Shown piece after piece: positions 1 through 12,290 of a stretch of DNA of 64,000 bases. Position 1 is the first letter of the stretch, and every line of letters begins with the position of its first letter. Both the position numbers and the translations under genes were made by a program. The notes under the pieces are model-generated. The model made no database searches. It was not told the origin of the DNA and saw only the letters and a list, made by a program, of their open reading frames with translations. The DNA lies in NCBI RefSeq assembly GCF_004010195.1, contig NC_057718.1, positions 77,140,079 through 77,204,078 of the forward strand, written 5' to 3'. Source of the DNA: Chiloscyllium plagiosum. Taxonomy: Eukaryota.

Positions 1-1004
1 TAGGTACTTTGAATATTCTATTGCTTGTCTTAAAATGTAACTTAATAGAGCTTTGTACTTTGAATTGCTGCACTGGCTTGTTTATTGTTCAGAAACTTTA
101 CTGGGCTATAAGAGTGTCCAGGTTACATTTCTATGGTTACCAATTACAAACTTGTCAATGGTTAAGAAAGTCTTTTGAAAGCACAATGGTGTTTCTTGTA
201 TTATATTTTCCACTTATGCTTATTAGAAAGATCAGGTTTGTTTTCATAACATCTTAAAATAGTTTAGTACAGAAGGAGGCCATTTGACACATTGCACCTA
301 TACTGGGTCCTTGATAGAACTATCTAATTAGTCCTACTCCCCAAATCCTTTCCGTATAATTCTGATAATATTTCCAGATCCATGAGCTACCCTTTTGAGA
401 GCTATTGTTGAATCTGCTTCCAGAAAACATTCAGCTACAAAATTTCAAAATTTCCAGATCCTAATAATTGACTACATAAGAAGATGCATTTCCCTTTCTG
501 GTTCTTTTGTTAATTACTTTAAATCTATCTTTCTGGTTATCTACAACTGAGTAGTGAAGATTCTGTCTCAGGAAGTTTACAAAAGTTGACTTTCTCCATC
601 CTGTTCAAACTGGAATCAATACAGGTACATGTAATATTGAACTTTGTAATCAGCAGTAACACTATTCCTCACAACGTCTGTGAAAGGAATCTCTTTCCCC
701 ACAATCAGTTTGCATCTGTCACTAGGTCAAGGAGATTTAAAAGCAGTGAAGTCATTAAGCAGGTAAACCATCAGTTATATTTATGTATTCTCATGGGGAG
801 CAACCGGAAAGTGTCACTGAAATTCTTTATCTCTACGTGAAATTTAACAGTACACTTATACATCATAGGTTTGAATATTTTGGTAGCAATATTTTGGTAG
901 TTCTAATTAGCGATTGGAATATGGTAATTCCTAATACTATTGTTTCTTGTATAGAGAGAAATGAAGAAAACTAGGTTCATGAAATGAAAATGCAAGAGTG
1001 AATC

Positions 1005-1115
1005 TGAAGGTGTTCAGAAGAAGGTTCACTGGACTTGAAACGTTAACCGTGTTTCTCTTTCCACAGGTGTTGCCGTACTTGCTGAGTTTCTCCAGCAATT
1101 TTTGTTTTTTGTTAC
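1005..1115 (+). mobile_element. Short PLE-type terminal fragment with a degenerate hammerhead motif
   Basis: gttCAGAAGAaggttcactggacttGAAAcgttaac at 1012-1047; related to 32898-33045. Confidence 0.55.
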
Positions 1116-1585
1116 TGCTTTCTATTGTCGTCTTCAACCCAGTTTATGAAACTATATATCCACAAACAATAGTTGAGCAATAAGGTCCACATTACCATCA
1201 GTACCTTGAACACAGTAAAGAGGTTTTGTAACAGTGTTTCAGATACTTGATGTGATAAAGGTAGAATATTATAATTTGGAATTTAAACTTTAAAAAATAT
1301 ATTTTTATTAAAAATAATTTTTTTTCTTTTGAATATTACAACAAATACAAAACCAAACAATTCAAACCAGTATTAAAAACAAAACCGCTAATTGCACAAA
1401 TAAATACTAACAACTAAGCTAAAAAGGAAAATCTTAACAATAATAATGATGATAACAACTGTAACACAGCTCAGCAAGACAAAACAATAGCTCTTGATGA
1501 TCAAACGCACAAGCTTATACATATTCATATGTTCATAGTTCCTCCCCTCTGGATACCAAACCCATTACCTAGCCATTGCCATGGC

Positions 1586-4500
1586 TATATAAAGGCTTTT
1601 ATTAGTTTTGTAGACAAATCTGTACCCAAATAGTCCAAAAAGGGTTGCCACGTCTTATAGAAATTCTTAGTTTTATGGTGCACCTTACTCGTCAGAAAGT
1701 CCAAGGGGATGAGCTCCTTGACTAGCTTATGCCAGCCCGTCAGCCTCAGGCGATTTTCCGACACCCACCCTCAAAGAATGTTCTTTCTGGCACAAAAAGT
1801 GAGGATACTGAAAAGCCTTTTCTCGTGTGCATCTAATGAAAGAGAATTAACAAAGTCAAGAAGAAGAGATACAGGGTCCATCTCCACCTCCGTCCCCAGG
1901 CCTTTTCTATTTTGCCTACTACAGCACTCCAGTATGCCAGCAGGTGGCAAGACTGAAGACCACAAATAACCATGCCTATGCTCACTTTACATTTAGAACA
2001 CATTGGAGATGCTCCCGCTTTAACTTTAGCAAGGTGATCCGGGGCCAGATGTGCCCTGTCGAGAATCTTCAATTGCAAAGCGTGGGTCCTGTTGCAAATT
2101 GAGATCCTTCTTGTATTCTCCCTGATATCCTCCCATATTTCAGAAGACATCTCAACGTCCAACTCCCTCACCCATATCCTACAAAGCCGTTCGGTCTGAT
2201 CCAAGGGGCCGTCTTCCAATAGATGATAAACGTTGCTAACAGATAATGTACTTTCAGTACTGAACACCCAATTCGCCATGTCAGACCTGTAAGGATCAGT
2301 TAGAAGTGTGGTCTGTTTTTGTATGAAGTTTCTAATTTAGAAGGACCGAAAGATGTCCATACTGGGGAATTCATATTTCCTAGCCAACTGGTCAAAAGAC
2401 GTCAGTATGTCCCCTTTGAATAAATCACCCAGGCAAGATAGGCCCCTAGCTGCCCATACTTTAAACCCAGAATCCATTGTCCCTGGCTGAAAGCCTGGCA
2501 TACCAATTATGGGTGTCAAAAATTATGTTTTGGCAATATTGCCCTCACCATGATGCCTTGCCCTTCATGCCTTGACAGTATTGATGACTATTGGGCTGTG
2601 GCAATATTCCTTAACTGCTCTCACTTATTCTAAGAACAGCAGGCTAACAAGGGGGTCATCTCGCCTGAGATGCTTCAAGGTCCAACCAAAGTGAACGACA
2701 GTCTCTCACCCCCACCCCCCCGGGCTCAGTCATTCATGTAAGATAGCAATGAGCTTAACTGATCATTTTTGACATCTGGGAGACCCACTCCTCCCGGTCT
2801 ATAAGGTAACTGCAGTTTAGTCAATTTAATTACGGGCCGCTTGCAATACCAGATAAAAGGACTAAACCAGCCATTCAGTCTTCTAAATATTTGCTTAGTA
2901 AAAAGCAGAGGAAGCATTCACATAAGATACAACAGACAGGGCAGATTGTTCATTTTAATGAGGGCTATCTGACCTAACCAAGAGATTGGAAGTGCCTCCC
3001 ATCGACGAAGGTCCTGCTTGATTCTGTCGAATAAATGGGCAAAATTGGCTTTAATAGCTGATCAAAAACGGGAGTAACAAATACGTCTAAGTAGAGAAAG
3101 CCCTCCTGCGACCATCTAAAGGGGAACCAAGATCCGCCCTCAGGATCAGGCACTTTCGGGAGACCACCCATGGGTATGGCCTCTGACTTCGCAAAATTGA
3201 TCTTATAACCCGAGAAGCTACGAAACAAGTTGATGCATTGTATCAGGTGTGGCACTGAAACTGTTGTGTTTGATAAGGAGACAAGAACGTCATCTGTGAT
3301 CTTATGTGACTTTGTCCCCATTTCTGGAGCAGTTGTATTGGGATCCCTGCGTATTGCTCCACCAGCTGTTCCATCACCAATATGAAAAGCAATGGTGACA
3401 AGGGATAGCCTTACAGATATTAAAATTGCTTGACCGTACACCATTAGTGGCAAGAGGATCACTATACAAAACCTCCACCCACCTGATGGAAGTCTCTCCT
3501 AGGCCAACCACTTCAAAGTATTAAAAAGATATGGTCACTTGACCCTGTCAAGTACCTTTTCCGCACCTAAGGAGATCACCAATCCCTGTACCTATTGCTA
3601 TTGACATACTTGGATCATGATAAGTAATCTCCTGACATTATCTGTCAATCTGCGACCTTTTATGAACCCCTTCTGGTCCTCTTTAATGATGGAGGGCATT
3701 ACAGTTTCTAGCCTTAATGCCATAGTCTTGGATAAAATTTTGAAGTCAACATTCAGGAGTGAGATAGATCCATAGGAAGCACAGTCCTCTGGGGCCTTCC
3801 CTTTTTTCAGAATGAGAGAGATGTTCGCCTCTGTTAGAGATGGTGGGAGGAGGCCACGACTATGTGAGTCATTAAACATACTAAGCATCGGCCCTGACAA
3901 TATACTTATAAATTCCCCACAGAACTCACTGGGGAGCCCATTAGGACCCGACATCTTCCCATTCTGGAGCTGCCTCACAGTCTCCTGAACCTCTTCCTCT
4001 GACAATGGGGCATTGAGGAAAGACTCGTGTTCAGGGGTCATTCCCAGAAGGCCCAAATTCTTAAAAAAGGACTCCATCCTGACCTCCTAACCGGCTCACT
4101 CTCATTGCTTCAGTTTGGTATAATTCAGAGTAAAATTTCCGGAATGCTGCATTAATCCTTTTTAGAATCGTAGGTCAAATTTCAGTGTCCTCTCTGATCA
4201 AGGAAATGGCTTGGAGGGCACTCCTCTTCCTAGCAAGGTATGCTAGATACTTGCCCAACTTATCCCCATGCTCAAACAGCCTTTGACTTGCAAATATAAA
4301 CTCTGTCTTGGCTGTCCATGTGAGCATGAAGTTCAGCGTAGACTGGAGCTCTGTGATCCTCTGCAGTTTAGCCAGCAAGAGCCTGTCAAAGTATGCCTTT
4401 TGAGCTACTTTCAGACATGCCTCGAGCAAGCGTTGCTGCTCAACCATCTATTGCTTCTTACTGGCTGAATACTAACCCCCTAGTATAGGCTTTAGCTGTT

Positions 4501-5342
4501 TCTCAAAGAATGGATGGGCCACTGGCCGAGTCTGAATTAATATCCAAGAAAGCACTGAACCCAGTTGAAAAGAATTCAATAAACTTGCTATCCTTAAGGA
4601 TGAAGGGGTCCAGTTGCCAGTGCCTCGAGCCTTACTCTTAATCATTAAATACACTGGGGCGTGATCGAAAATAGTGATATTGCCAAGTGTACATGACACC
4701 ACAGAGCCTAGATGTGCTGCGGGGGTCAGAAAAAAAATCAATCTTGGTATGGCATCTATGTGAGTTCGAGAAGAATGTGAAATCCCTACCAGTAAGGTGA
4801 TGGTGTCTCCAAACATCTACCAACCCCAATTCAGCACACAAATCCCTTAATAGTTTAGATCGCAAAAAAGATATTGGCACCCTTTGGGCAATCTGTCTAC
4901 CGTGGCGTCAATGAGACAATCGAAATTCTGTCCTACAATGATAGTTTGAGATGCAAGGTTAATCAGTCTAGAAAGTGCATCTGTCAAGAATTTAAGGGGG
5001 TGGGCTGGGGTAAGTACACATTTAAGATCCCATATTCTTCCCCATGTATCAAAGCTTTGAGGATAACAAATCTCCTGTATGTGTCTTTAATGCACTCTAA
5101 TAACTTAAATGAGAGATTCTTTTCAACTAAAATGGCCACCCCCCTACTCCTCATATTGAAAGATGAAAAATAAACCCGGTCATACCCATTCTGTTGCAGC
5201 TTCAAATTGTCTGCGTTATCCAAGTGTGTTTCTTGTAATGAGGCAACATCTACCCTCTCCCTTTTAAGGTAGAAAGTACCTTGACAGGTGAGTGGCTCCC
5301 CTTAATATTCCAGATGCACCACTTAAACACATCCTTAGCCAT
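1586..5342 (-). pseudogene. L1 ORF2 (endonuclease-reverse transcriptase), frameshifted
   Basis: MAKDVFKWCIWNIKG start; SRGVAILV; RDFTFFS..H..KIDFF; ISLLNVDFKILSK; FSGYKINFAKSE; C-terminal KTWQPFLDYL. Confidence 0.88.
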
Positions 5343-6097
5343 AAACTTCTACAGCACCATTCAGACTCCAGAGAGGAAGAGCTACCGATCGCTGAGCTTT
5401 AATGCAAAAGAATCCACAGAACCCTAAAATTACACAGACTAAAATAACTACATTCAACAAATCTACAAACATATAAAAAATATATACGGCAAAAAGAGAA
5501 AAACAAAAAAATCGCCAAAGACACTGATGGAGGAATTTACCCCCCCATTCTATGGAGGTACCTACACATCCTATAACCCTACTAACCATCCCAACCACCC
5601 TCTCAACTCCTACCAGCTAGGGTCGCGCCACATACACTGACCATTCGGTAGAGGGAGAAAAACACCCAAAAGCAAGGTTAGTACGATAGTCAAGAAGACT
5701 AAAAATAAATATGTCACCAACCCCTTAACATAACTTAGAAATTAGAAATAAATACTCTATCCATCCCAGACATCATTTCATGCAACTTATTACCAGAAAG
5801 GAGACTCTACCAAGTCCTTTCAAAGAAAAGCAAATTCGAACAGCTCTGTCCTCTATGCCTATTCGGACATTCGACTTAAGTCAGCACGTCCACAAAGTTC
5901 TTTGCTTTCTCTGACAAGTCGAACAAATGTTGAATCTGTTATGATTGATCCGAAGCACCGCTGGATATCTTAAAGAATACTGGATCCCAAGCTGTCTCAA
6001 TCTCCTCGACGCCATTATAGGGCTTCAAAGTTTGTGAGAAGATTTGTAGCTCGAGTGCTCGTTGTTGTGGTTCTGTTCGCTGAGCTGGGAATTTATT

Positions 6098-6137
6098 GCA
6101 GACGTTTCGTCCCCTGTCTAGGTGACATCCTCAGTGC
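6098..6137 (-). ncRNA. Minimal type-I hammerhead ribozyme motif (PLE type)
   Basis: gca-CUGAGGA-u-gucaccu-agac-aggggac-GAAA-cg-UC-ugc: core boxes, stem I gca/ugc, stem II, palindromic ACGU. Confidence 0.8.
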
Positions 6138-6848
6138 TTGGGAGCCTCCTGTGAAGCGCTTCTGTGATGTTTCCTCCGGCATTTATAGTGGTTTGAATCT
6201 GCCGCTTCCGGTTGTCAGTTCCAGCTGTCTGTTGCAGTGGTCGGTATATTGGGTCCAGGTCGATGTGCTTATTGATTGAATCTGTGGATGAGTGCCATGC
6301 CTCTAGGAATTCCCTGGCTGTTCTCTGTTTGGCTTGTCCTATAATAGTAGTGTTGTCCCAGTCAAATTCATGTTGCTTGTCATCTGCAGTGTGGCTACTA
6401 AGGATAGCTGGTTGTGTCGTTTCGTGGCTAGTTGGTGTTCATGGATACAGATCNNNGGTATCCGTTTTTGGCGAATACATTGTATAGGTGTTCTTCTTCC
6501 TCTTTTTGCAGTTCTGGTATACTGCAGTGTGTTATGGCCCTTTTGAATAGTGTCTTGATGCAACTTCTTTTGTGTGTGTTGGGGTGGTTGCTTTCGTAGT
6601 TCAGGACTTGGTCTGTGTGTGTTGCTTTCCTGTATACCTTTGTGGTGAATTCTCCGTTAGGTGTTCTCTGTACCATGGCACAGAGGCATGGCACTCATCC
6701 ACAGATTCAATCAGTAAGCACATTGACCTGGACCCAATATACCGACCACTGCAACGGACAGCTGGAACTGATAACCGGAAGAGGCAGATTCAAACCACTA
6801 TAAATGCCGGAGGAAACATCACAGAAGCACTTCATAGGAGGCTCCCAA

Positions 6849-6888
6849 GCACTGAGGATATCACCTAGACAGGGGACGAAACGTCTGC
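6849..6888 (+). ncRNA. Minimal hammerhead motif, inverted copy with a stem II G>A change
   Basis: gcaCTGAGGAtatcacctagacaggggacGAAAcgtctgc. Confidence 0.7.
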
Positions 6889-9013
6889 AACACAAATTCC
6901 CAGCTCGGTGAACAGAACCACAACATTGTAGGGCTTCTTTTTCTGGACCACTGCTGCCAAGAAGTCTTGAAAAACATGACCCTGGAGCTGCCACATACCA
7001 ACGCCTTCATTTCCCTCCCCTGGATTTAGAGGCTTCCATGACCCTGTGCTTGTTTTTATAATGATGGAATCTTATCAGGACAGGGCATGGGCGCTAATCC
7101 GCACCTGATTTTCGAGCCACTATCCGTTGGGCTATTTCAATTGTTATCCTTCCCGTCTGAGCTTCCAAACCAAGGAACTCCAGGAACCACTTCTCGAAGA
7201 AATTCACCAGTTGCTCACTTCCGTCCCCTTAAGATTGCCAATGACACGCAGGTTCTTCTTTCTTCTACTCCTGTTTTTGAGATTGTCTACCAGATCCAAC
7301 AGACCTGGACCTGCATTTCCCGGGCTTCAATCTGGCTCTTGGAGGAGTCAGTCTCTGCCTCTACCCCAGCAGCCCAGCGCTTGAGCTCATCAGTCCTTTT
7401 TCCCAGGTCTTGCAGCATAGCAGAGACAGGAGCCAGCTTCTGTTCAATTTTTTCCTGGATCTGCCTCCCCAGGACCTCGAAATTTGGCCAACTCCTCAAC
7501 CAGGGTCTGGTGAGTCAGCAAGCCTGCTGCTTCAGTGGGCTGGACCATGGTCTCGGTCCCGGGCAAGCTTACTCCTTTCTTCGGCATTCTCCAGCTGCAA
7601 GGACAAAGGGAAGTAAAATGTTTCAGGTTTCCAGCTCCTTTACTGTGTTTTTACACACAGTAAAGTATTTTGGATGGGTTCTGGCTCTGTCAGGTTGGTT
7701 TTGCAGTGCAGAGCCCAGCAAACATGATCTTACCAGGGTGCAGCCATCTTGGATCCCCGGAATTTAAATTTTAAACTGGAGATAAAATCAATTTGTAGTT
7801 TCGTTTCTGTAAAGGTAACTTTTTTTTAAAGAAGACAAAATAATTTGGAACAGTGAACTAACTACATAATTTCCAAGAAATCATATGACTTATGATTGAG
7901 TGCATAGCAGGATACTAACATGTGATGTTAATTAATTATAATTACCATCCCTTTCTGAGCTGCATGGCTGTGTGTACAGCTGCTCCGAGGGTCTATGTAT
8001 GGTGATTGATGTACCAACCCAGGGATCTGTGTAAAAGAAAACAATACAAGGAACATTGTTTATAACATAGAGAAAACAGAGCACAGGCTACTCGTAGTAT
8101 AAATTCAGTCCAGAACAAACAGTTTCACCCTAGCAGAAGAGCAAATTAATTTTGTGAAACCCCAAACAGTGTGGGTTTGTGGAGAAATTTTCAAGATGTC
8201 AGAAATTAAAAGAAGTTTGGATCATTAGAACTGGAAAGATGACTCTAGACCATCAATACTGGAGTCAGTTAACTAAGAAATTAAATAGTTACAATGGGAA
8301 TGGTACTTATAGATGCTGTCTTTGTTAACATCTCTCTAAATAATATACATAGCTTTATTTTATTTTCTTTTGCATAATAAACTCATATTATTGTATTTTA
8401 TTAAGGATCAAGAGCAGCCCCCAGTGATTAATTTTCACAGTAACCAACTGTAAAATTTAAACTTATGTCCTATCAAGCAAAGTTTCAATCTGGGATCTCT
8501 CCTATCTAATATTAGAGGAATTTGGGTGTTTAATGCCACAGTCTCTGAAGATTTCATAATTTGCATTCATTGCCATTCAGAATTAGCAGAAAGCAAATAA
8601 ACTAAAGCATATAGATTTGTAGAAATTGCAGCTTTTCATCCACTCAGCCCATTTTACTCTCAACTTGAGCTCTGTGGTCTGATTCCCTTTTATATTCTTT
8701 GTTTATAAAATTATGTTAGTATTTCAGCTTTATTAGTTAATTGTGGTATAGCATTTCCTAATAGGCTCCTATATGAAAATGTCTTCCAGTTTCCACTTAT
8801 AAAGTCCATGAATGTTTTAAAAAAATCTATCAAATCTGCTCCCAACTTTCAACTTGCCAGTGGAAAAAAATGCTAGTTTGTTTCAGCATCCTTTGGTATG
8901 TCAAAAATATTTTACTTGCTCAGATGTACATTATGCTGACCTAAGCTCATGAATGATGTTATATAAATGCAAACTTGTTTTCTTTCTCTCATGTCAATTT
9001 GTATTTACTGCAG

Positions 9014-9265
9014 GTTTTACTTTGCCGATAGGGTTCTCGTCTCCATTGACTGGTCTTTCTGCAGCCTTGTCTCCAGGGATCAACACAACTGCTTTTCAAT
9101 TCTCTGGCCCTTCTGCTAATGAAAATTCTTCAAATGCTAAAGGATCGTTTTGCATTCCATTAGTCCAAATAATCCAATCCCCAGCACAAGAAAGTGCATC
9201 CACATCACCAATTAGCAGTGATCCTACTCAGACAGCAATGTATCCACCCCCACCTCAAAACTCAG
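9014..9265 (+). CDS. CENPJ: CENPJ/CPAP-like gene, internal exon A (252 nt, phase 1-1): GFTLPIGFSSPLTG...MYPPPPQNS
   Basis: Acceptor tttactgcag, donor CAG/gttagt, open frame in unique sequence; phase fits exon 14126. Little recognisable homology on its own. Confidence 0.7.
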
Positions 9266-9339
9266 GTTAGTCAATAAGGTTTTACTTCTGATCTAAAGTA
9301 AATGTAAATATTCTTAGCTGAGAAACAACAAGGCAAAGT

Positions 9340-11260
9340 TAGCAGTAACAAGGTTATTAAGAAGTAAGGTAAAGGCAGGATGGCTCCCAGCTCAAGAGTA
9401 CACATTCCATGCAATGTGGGAGCTGCAGGTTTCTTCCTGTTTCTTGCTTAACGATTTGTGCAGGAAGTATTGTCAGTTGAAACTTGAGCAGCATTTAGTC
9501 ACTGTGTATCCTTGAGGTTGAGAGGTACATTGGCAGCATGTTTATAGCTGTGGCTACCCTACATCTTAAGCATACACGGAGAGACAGTGAATGGGTCAAA
9601 AAGAAAAAGTCTAGATTAGAGTGGTGCTGGAAAAACATGGTCAAGCAGCATCCGAGGAACAGGAAAATTGAGTGCAGGAGTCCTCTAAGTTTATCTTACT
9701 TACTAGCCTGTACTCCGTTCTGAATACTGTTACAAAGTGGATGTAGATACCTCTCTGATAATTAAAACCAAAACACCCCTAGACGATAACCTCGCCTCGT
9801 AATCTGATAAAGAAGCATGACAAGTCGTATAACCTACCTCTCACCCCTACAATCTGTTATAGAGGGTGATTAAATGAAATGAAATCCTTTCACTCACTCT
9901 ACAATTGACAAGCAACAATTTATTTAACTAACTCCAACAGTGAAAAAAATTAACAGAACAACTAACAAACTGAACAATTCCTCTCCATGTACCTATTACC
10001 AAATAAAACAAGATTCTATCGGTATGCTGTTTCAATAACACAGGTCCCACTTATATAAGTTCAGGTAATAACAACAATAAATTAAAACTTAGTTTCTCAA
10101 AGTTCACACAGAATGTGTCCTCCAGAATAGTCCTCATCCTCTTCGCTGATTCTGCTGTTGGGAATGTTTTCTCTGTAATTCTTCCATTCTGTACACCTCT
10201 GTCAAATTCTTCTGTCCAAATTACCTTCTCAGTTATTTTCTGGTCTCAAGAATATTAGCTAAATGTGCTGTGTACCCTTATAGATAATGCTTTTTAGAGA
10301 GCGTGGAGATTTCTTGTAACAGCCCGATATTTCTTTCTCAAATGGCGGGTTTGCTCTCTCTTTAGATGACAGTTGGTGCTCTCTCTCTGTCTAATTGCCC
10401 CTCTGTTATATACCCCTATGACACATCAAATTCTTATAATATGATTGGGTTCAGGATGTCAACACCATTCGATTTGATTTTAATTGGTCCTTAGTCTCCA
10501 AGTGCCTTTTAAAATTAATTGGCTGAATTTAAACTGTTGTCTGCGTAAAAATGCTGCTTGGACCTGCTGACTGGCTCTTTGATACAATATTCTGGATTAG
10601 TTGTGCTGGAAAAGCACAGCAGTTCAGGCAGCATCCGAGGAGCAGTAAAATCAACGTTTCGGGCAAAAGCCATATGTCAATTTGAGCACTTGCAGATGCT
10701 TGCTCACAGACATTCATTTTTAAAACATCTAAGCATAATAAACACTTTATCTTAAAGGGGGTGACACCATGCTTTCCCCCATTTTCCAACTTTACCATTT
10801 TTACATACCAACTTCGTGACAACACTGATGAAACTGATGGTTTATCTGGTGGCTGTGCAACCAGAGCCAGATGGGTGGATCCATGAGCAGTTCAATCGTT
10901 CAGAGTAGTACAAGGAAGATTGGTGAAGGAATAGTGACAAGGACTTCTCAAGGCAAGAGAACAGTTAGGTTTTTTTGTGGCTGCAGTCATGAATTCAGGA
11001 TAGTATGTTTCCTTCTTGGTGCTAGGGTTGTGGATGTCACTGAGCAGTTGTGAATCATTCTGGAATTGCACAAAAAGAGGTCAGGATCCATTTTTAGAAA
11101 CAAGGACATAGGTAGACAAAGGGATGGGGTCCTGAAGGCAATGATTAAGGAATTGGGAAAAACATTAAAAAGCAGGAATTTAAAGGAAGTGATCTCCAGA
11201 TTACTCTCAATGCCATGTGCTAATGAACATAGAAGTAGGAGGTTAGAGCAGACGAGTACT
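9340..11260 (+). mobile_element. Old CR1 5'/ORF1 relic, split by a solo LTR and PLE fragments
   Basis: Degenerate similarity to the CR1 ORF1 at 62948-63877 (e.g. FCGCSHEFRIVCFLLGARV); sequence resumes across the 9728-10821 insertion. Confidence 0.6.
9728..10821. mobile_element. Probable solo LTR (TG...CA)
   Basis: Ends tgttacaaagtgg / ccaacttcgtgaca are imperfect inverted repeats; 4-bp flanks atac/acac; host CR1 joins when removed; contains a PLE fragment at ~10591-10672. Confidence 0.6.
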
Positions 11261-11309
11261 GTAGAGGTGATTTTAAAAAATGATAAATTGTGGATGTTCC
11301 TGATGGGGC

Positions 11310-12290
11310 CATTTATTGGCCATTCCTGGTTGCGCTTGAGAAGGTGGTGGTGAGCTGAGGCTTTGTACCATTACAAACCATTTTGTTTTGGTGGATCCAT
11401 AATGCCATTAGGGAGGGATTTCAGGATTTTAATTCAGCACCACTGAACAAGCAGCAGTATATTTCCAAGTCAGGATAGTGACAGGCTTGGAGGAATTTGA
11501 AGGTCATTTTGTTCCCATGGGTCTAAGGCCCTTGACCTTCTAGATGAAAGTGGTCATGGGTTTGGAAGGTGCTCTATAAGGAGCATTGATGAAATTCTGC
11601 AGTACATCTCGTAGATGGTATACACTGCTGCTACTGAACATCAGTTGTGGAGGGAATGGATGTTTATTGATGTGGTGACAATCAAGTAAGCAGCTTTTTC
11701 TTGTATGACATCAAGCTTCTTGTGTGCTGTTCACCTGCACATCTTTCAGGAGAATTCCATTACACTTCTGACATGTTCCTTGTAGATCATGGACAGGATT
11801 TGGGGCAATTGGGAAATGGTACTTCCTTCTTGCCTGCTTTGCTTTTTTTAACCACTGTATTCATATGGCTAGTCCAGTTTAGTTTCTGCAGAACATTAAC
11901 CCACAGGATGTTAATAATGTGGTATTCAGTGATGATTATGTCATTAAATAGTTTCTCTCTGGATAATATCGTCAATACCTGGTATTTGTGTTGCACAATG
12001 TTATTTGCCACTTGTCAGCCAAAGCCTGGATATTGTCTATGTCTTGCTCCAATTGGACATGGACTATTTCAGTATCTGAGAAATCTGTGTGATCATCAGC
12101 GAATCCTTCAATTCTGACCTCACAATGGAAGGAAGATCATTGTTGAAGCAGCTGAAGATGGTTGAGCCTCGAACTCTGTCCGGAAGGTGGCCAACAAAGA
12201 TTTCTGTGACTGAAATGACTAATCTTTCATAATCACAACCAGCTTCATTTGGACCAGGTATAACTCCAGTCAGTGGAGTTATCAACTCCA
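11310..12290 (-). mobile_element. CR1/L2-group LINE 3' fragment (same family as 60929-62030)
   Basis: GSTIFSCFNNDLPSIVRSE RT motif; similar to 61100-61990 in reverse. Confidence 0.8.

Larger units (their letters stand above)
6027..6923 (-). mobile_element. Penelope-like element, 5'-truncated, with inverted pseudo-LTR (arms ~6064-6304 and 6682-6924)
   Basis: RT thumb TKVYRKATHTDQVLNYESNHP and GIY-YIG C-terminus (IHEHQLATKRH, AREFLEAWHS); 14-bp TSD catt(a/g)tagggcttc at 6013-6026 and 6924-6937. Confidence 0.92.
5876..7587 (-). pseudogene. L1 ORF1 (coiled coil + RRM/CTD type), disrupted and split by PLE insertion 6027-6923
   Basis: MPKKG start, coiled-coil segment, DNLKNRSR..NLRVIG, RRLRQLGIQYSLRYPAVLRI, ends AKNFVDVLT*. 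Confidence 0.78.
1295..7758 (-). mobile_element. Full-length decayed L1-clade LINE (5'UTR, ORF1, spacer, ORF2, A-rich 3' end) interrupted by a Penelope insertion
   Basis: TSD ggaatttaaa(c/t)tttaaa at 1278-1294 and 7759-7775; 5' end GGGGATCCAAGATGGC; APE, RT and Cys-rich ORF2 fragments. Confidence 0.9.

Noticed and set aside
572..624. Possible upstream exon (ag..CAG/gtacat, phase-1 end)
   Set aside because: No recognisable CENPJ similarity, weak donor, adjacent to decayed CR1-like sequence
7087..7767. 226-aa + strand ORF
   Set aside because: Antisense shadow of L1 ORF1/5'UTR with no independent coding signal
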